A DNA stretch of 64,000 bases from positions 2,894,550-2,958,549 of the forward strand of contig JAUPSS010000004.1 of the NCBI GenBank assembly GCA_040285825.1, in the 5' to 3' direction. A program made the position numbers and the translations under genes. A model generated the notes under the pieces. It saw only the letters and a list, made by a program, of their open reading frames with translations. It was not told where the DNA came from and ran no database searches. Shown here one piece after another: positions 59,001 to 64,000 of this stretch. The first letter of the stretch is position 1; each line of letters begins with the position of its first letter. This stretch comes from Eukaryota sp. TZLM1-RC (Eukaryota > Protista > Metamonada: BaSk clade).

Positions 59001-62000
59001 ATTTGCAAAAGCGGGATTCTTTTTCTTGGCCAAGCCAAGTCTAACATCAAAATCCAAGCTTTCAAAAATCTTTGACAATTTTTGTTGAAGCTTTATAAAC
59101 CAAAACTGTAATGTTTTCAATTGGTTGCTCACGAAATTGCCGATTCATATGAAAATATTGGGCTTCATCTTAATGCCAGCAAATGCCTTCTGATTGGCTC
59201 TTCTGCTCAAGACCTCGTGATAAACGATTCTATTGTCCCTTTTACTAATTATAGTAGTGATGCTTTTAAGTTCCTTGGTTGTTGGTTAGGAAATGTGCCT
59301 CAAATTCAGAATGAATTGCAAGTTATTTTGGAAAAAATGAAAATTGAACTTGATTCAATTTCTTCTTTAGATATAGAAAAGCATATTAAATTTTTCATGC
59401 TTAAAATTTGCTACACTGGGAGAATAACCCACATTTTGAGATCTTGTGCTCCTTCCATAGCATTAGATTTTTTGTCGTTCTTTTAATTCATTGAGAACAG
59501 AATTTTTTTGCTGATTTATTGGATGTAGAACCAGGAATGTTGAAAAGCCATTTATTTTCTTCAGCAAATTTGGGTGGTATTGGTTTTACTAAATCTTCAA
59601 TTTTGTGTCAATCAGCATTCTTGGGTGGTGGCAAAATTTTATTTATGAATTTTCTCGTAGATTTCCTGATGATTCTCATCTGTTAGTCCCCAATTGTAGT
59701 CCCTATTTGTATGAGTTATCTTGTGAACTTGAAAAATTACCGCCACAAATTTGGACCAAATGTTTTCCTCAATCAATTCAAGAAATTCCAAACCGATCTC
59801 TATTTAATTTACAGTTTTGCTGTAAAAAGCTTCAACAAAAATTGTCAAAGATTTTTGAAAGCTTGGATTTTGATGTTAGACTTGGCTTGGCCAAGAAAAA
59901 AAGAATCCCGCTTTTGCAAATCTTTTACAAGATATGTGTGACAGTACTTCTTCTGCCTTAGTAACAACAATTCCACAAGTTTATGGTACTCTCTTATCCG
60001 ATTCTGCTTGGACTCTGAATATGAGATTTCGTTCCTTTTTCTGGCCTGATAATTTACCTCATAATTTAATTTGTAAATGTTCTCGAGAAATTACAACTAC
60101 TCATTTGTTAAATTGTAAACATTTTATTACTTTTAGAAGCAAGGTTCATGATGCTGTAAGAGACCAGTTATATTGTATGTGTAAATCTCATAGAATTGAA
60201 TCCTTCTTGGAACCTCTGTTGTCAAATCTGTTTGATGCTGAAAATGATTTTCATAAGAATAATAGAGGTGATGTCATATTACCTGGATTAGATGGAAGCT
60301 TCATTTTATTGGATGTAATGTCTGTTGATCCTTGTAATACCTCAAATGAAAGGCTTGTTAATTCTGAAATTCATAATCCCCTTTCAAATGCTGAAAATTT
60401 TAAATTCAAAAATACAATGAACCTTTGTCCAAATTGGCCAGTCTACAGCATGCAAAAATACAATTTGTATCCATTTGTATTTTCCCTTTTGGTTCACTTG
60501 CACCAACTGCTTTACGTTTTTTGGATGATTTTTGAAATGATTGTAAAGAGAAGAACTGGCAGAAATTTCAACAGATTGTTTTGGCAAAATAGAATTGTGT
60601 TTTCTGTTTTTAAGGGGATGTTGAAGATGGTTTCTGATGCTTTGCTTTCTCTTGGATCTCACTATGAGAGAGTTGCATCTAGTGTTTTTGTTTTGGGAGA
60701 GATGGATTTTTTAGATGTTGATTTATAGGTTTAAAAATAAAATTAAATTTAAATAAAAAAAAAGCAAAACTGTAAATTAAATAGAGATCGGTTTGGAATT
60801 TCTTGAATTGATTGAGGAAAACATTTGGTCCAAATTTGTGGCGGTAATTTTTCAAGTTCACAAGATAACTCATACAAATAGGGACTACAATTGGGGACTA
60901 ACAGATGAGAATCATCAGGAAATCTACGAGAAAATTCATAAATAAAATTTTGCCACCACCCAAGAATGCTGATTGACACAAAATTGAAGATTTAGTAAAA
61001 CCAATACCACCCAAATTTGCTGAAGAAAATAAATGGCTTTTCAACATTCCTGGTTCTACATCCAATAAATCAGCAAAAAATTCTGTTCTCAATGAATTAA
61101 AAGAACGACAAAAAATCTAATGCTATGGAAGGAGCACAAGATCTCAAAATGTGGGTTATTCTCCCAGTGTAGCAAATTTTAAGCATGAAAAATTCAATAT
61201 GTTTTTCTATATCTAAAGAAGAAATTGAATCAAGTTCAATTTTCATTTTTTCCAAAATAACTTGCAATTCATTCTGAATTTGAGGCACATTTCCTAACCA
61301 ACAACCAAGGAACTTAAAAGCATCACTACTATAATTAGTAAAAGGGACAATAGAATCGTTTATCACGAGGTCTTGAGCAGAAGAGCCAATCAGAAGGCAT
61401 TTGCTGGCATTAAGATGAAGCCCAATATTTTCATATGAATCGGCAATTTCTTGAGCAACCAATTCTAGTAAATCAAATGAACCAATCAAGGATATATCAT
61501 CCATATAAGCAACTATTTTTATAGAAGGGTATTTTTGCTTAATGATATTTAAAGTTTTGTGAATAGCTAAACAAAACAATAATGGGCCTAAAGGATCTCC
61601 CTGCTTCACTCCAGAAGATGATTTAAGACCAAATGAATTAAAAATTCAATCTGATTCTTTCCCATAAAAATGGTAGAAAAAACTCGATAGCTCAGGAAAA
61701 TCAGATTTAATAACTTCAAAAATTGCTTCTCGCTTTACAGAATTAAAAGCATTTTTAAAGTCGAGATTAAAAATAAAATTATTTTCCTCTGCATTAAAAA
61801 AGGTATCAGAGGCAATAGCAGCAACAGAAGCGCCATCAATTGTTTTGATTCCAAATTGATGAGGATTCAAAAATGTAGAAGCTTTGTCTTTGACACGATC
61901 GAAGACAATTGATGCTAGCAAACGAGAAAGAGATTCACCAACAGCAATTGGGCGTATTCCATCAGGTTTGATTCCGTTTCCAGGCTTTACTAAAGCAATC

Positions 62001-64000
62001 AGACGTGCTGCGAGTAATTCAAATGGAGGATTAATTTTCAAAACAATCAATTGTTGAAAATAGTGGGCTAGATCATCAGCAATTTCAGGAGCACTGGAAC
62101 ACGCTATTTTCAACAGATCAAAAGAAATTCCAGATGGGCCTGCTGCTTTCCCCTTTGGCAATTTTTGAATAGCTTTAAGAACTTCAATTGCAGTAATAGG
62201 ATTTTCAATCCAAAAAGGACACACTTCAAGCTTGCTGCACTTGAAATTTTCTTGAGGATGCAACTTTTGAAGTTTTTCAAGGGTATCAGAGTTTGCATTA
62301 GCCAAAGAAGAGGAAAACAAAGACTGCTTTGCGGCACCATAACGACCACGTAAGCACAATTTACGGCAAATTTTTGATTTTACAATTTTTCTATTTCCAA
62401 ATTTTTTTTTAAATTTAATTTTATTCTAAACCTATAAATCAACATCTAAAAAATCCATCTCTCCCAAAACAAAAACACTAGATGCAACTCTCTCATAGTG
62501 AGATCCAAGAGAAAGCAAAGCATCAGAAACCATCTTCAACATCCCCTTAAAAATAGAAAACACAATTCTATTTTGCCAAAACAATCTATTGAAATTTCTG
62601 CCAGTTCTTCTCTTTACAATCATTTCAAAATCATCAAAAAAACGTAAAGCAGTTGGTGCAAGTGAACCAAAAAGGGAAAATACAAATGGATACAAATTGT
62701 ATTTTGCATGCTGTAGACTGGCCAATTTGGACAAAGGTTCATTGTATTTTTTGAATTTAAAATTTTCAGCATTTGAAAGGGGATTATGAATTTCAGAATT
62801 AACAAGCCTTTCATTTGAGGCATTACAAGGATCAACAGACATTACATCCAATAAAATGAAGCTTCCATCTAATCCAGGTAATATGACATCACCTCTATTA
62901 TTCTTATGAAAATCATTTTCAGCATCAAACAGATTTGACAACAAAGGTTCCAAGAAGGATTCAATTCTATGAGATTTACACATACAATATAACTGGTCTC
63001 TTACAGCATCATGAACCTTGCTTCTAAAAGTAATAAAATGTTTACAATTTAACAAATGAGTAGTTGTAATTTCTCGAGAACATTTACAAATTAAATTATG
63101 AGGTTATCAATTATCAGGCCAGATAAAGGAACGAAATCTCATATTCAGAGTCCAAGCAGAATCGGATAAGAGAGTACCATAAACTTGTGGAATTGTTGTT
63201 ACTAAGGCAGAAGAAGTACTGTCACACATATCTTGTAAAAGATTTGCAAAAGCGGGATTCTTTTTCTTGGCCAAGCCAAGTCTAACATCAAAATCCAAGC
63301 TTTCAAAAATCTTTGACAATTTTTGTTGAAGCTTTTTACAGCAAAACTGTAAATTAAATAGAGATCGGTTTGGAATTTCTTGAATTGATTGAGGAAAACA
63401 TTTTTTTTTTAAAATTTAATTTTATTCTAAACCTATAAATCAACATCTAAAAAATCCATCTCTCCCAAAACAAAAACACTAGATGCAACTCTCTCATAGT
63501 GAGATCCAAGAGAAAGCAAAGCATCAGAAACCATCTTCAACATCCCCTTAAAAATAGAAAACACAATTCTATTTTGCCAAAACAATCTATTGAAATTTCT
63601 GCCAGTCCTTCTCTTTACAATCATTTCAAAATCATCAAAAAAACGTAAAGCAGTTGGTGCAAGTGAACCAAAAAGGGAAAATACAAATGGATACAAATTG
63701 TATTTTGCATGCTGTAGACTGGCCAATTTGGACAAAGGTTCATTGTATTTTTTGAATTTAAAATTTTCAGCATTTGAAAGGGGATTATGAATTTCAGAAT
63801 TAACAAGCCTTTCATTTGAGGCATTACAAGGATCAACAGACATTACATCCAATAAAATGAAGCTTCCATCTAATCCAGGTAATATGACATCACCTCTATT
63901 ATTCTTATGAAAATCATCTTCAGCATCAACCAGATTTGACAACAGAGGTTCCAAGAAGGATTCAATTCTATGAGATTTACACATACAATATAACTGGTCT
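56049..64000 (-). repeat. Head-to-tail higher-order tandem repeat (~3.57-kb unit) of family A long and short 3' pieces
   Basis: Identical tail junctions recur at 57167/62402 and 58163/63401. Spacing 5235 minus the 1664-bp later insertion gives ~3571. Confidence 0.85.
59112..60763 (+). mobile_element. 5'-truncated family A element inserted antisense into the tandem array
   Basis: TSD caaaactgtaa at 59101-59111 and 60765-60775; poly(A) ends at 60763. Confidence 0.88.

Larger units (their letters stand above)
22076..64000. mobile_element. Gene-free nested array of RLE non-LTR retrotransposons (>=42 kb, open at the right edge)
   Basis: Every long ORF is an RT (RPIA.GE, LDFKNAFNS, QGDPLGP, YMDD) or RLE fragment. 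Both orientations occur, with many poly(A) tails and TSDs. Confidence 0.96.

Noticed and set aside
30153-63836. Recurrent small ORFs (MKFLPVLLF..., MILVMPQMK..., MSYLVNLKN...) as a multicopy gene family
   Set aside because: They are antisense or off-frame translations of family A sequence and recur only because the element recurs.
22076-64000. CRISPR array, bacterial retron/group II intron or DGR reading of the repeats and RTs
   Set aside because: No repeat-spacer periodicity. Poly(A) tails, 5' truncation, variable TSDs, a C-terminal RLE and eukaryotic neighbours indicate non-LTR retrotransposons.
56049-64000. HeT-A/TART-style telomere elongation array
   Set aside because: Junctions repeat exactly rather than showing varied 5' truncations, the poly(A) junctions match internal target sites, and no telomeric repeat is visible. 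Not excluded beyond the window.

Overview
AT-rich eukaryotic (protist-like) genomic DNA in two zones. Zone 1 (1 to ~21.7 kb) holds compact host genes: an RCC1-repeat protein running off the left edge, a phospholipase B-like enzyme, a Vps60/CHMP5-like ESCRT-III subunit, a bacterial-type ROK fructokinase with a 28-nt GT-AG intron, a ThiF/MoeB/Uba4-family adenylyltransferase and a 1143-aa hypothetical protein. Scattered between them are 5'-truncated retrotransposon copies and a relic cassette: a truncated Fanzor1-like nuclease, a structured candidate omegaRNA and a broken Ulp1/adenain-like protease. Zone 2 (~22.1 kb to the right edge) has no recognisable host gene. It is a nest of single-ORF non-LTR retrotransposons with a restriction-like endonuclease (RLE, CRE-clade-like). 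My family labels follow the protein C-termini: A = ...DFLDVDL, B = ...CFEDIDF, D = ...FVEEILV, E = ...GFEDVEF, F = ...CLEDIEF, G = ...FVSYVF, H = ...LPSFCQ, I = ...CIEDIEF. C is a lineage seen only as its 5' half. Target-site duplications (TSDs) resolve up to four nesting levels. Three divergent RT lineages share one structured 5' leader. The last 8 kb is a ~3.57-kb higher-order tandem repeat of family A pieces. No rRNA, tRNA or CRISPR array was recognised. All alignments and RNA folds were done by eye, and element boundaries without a TSD are approximate.
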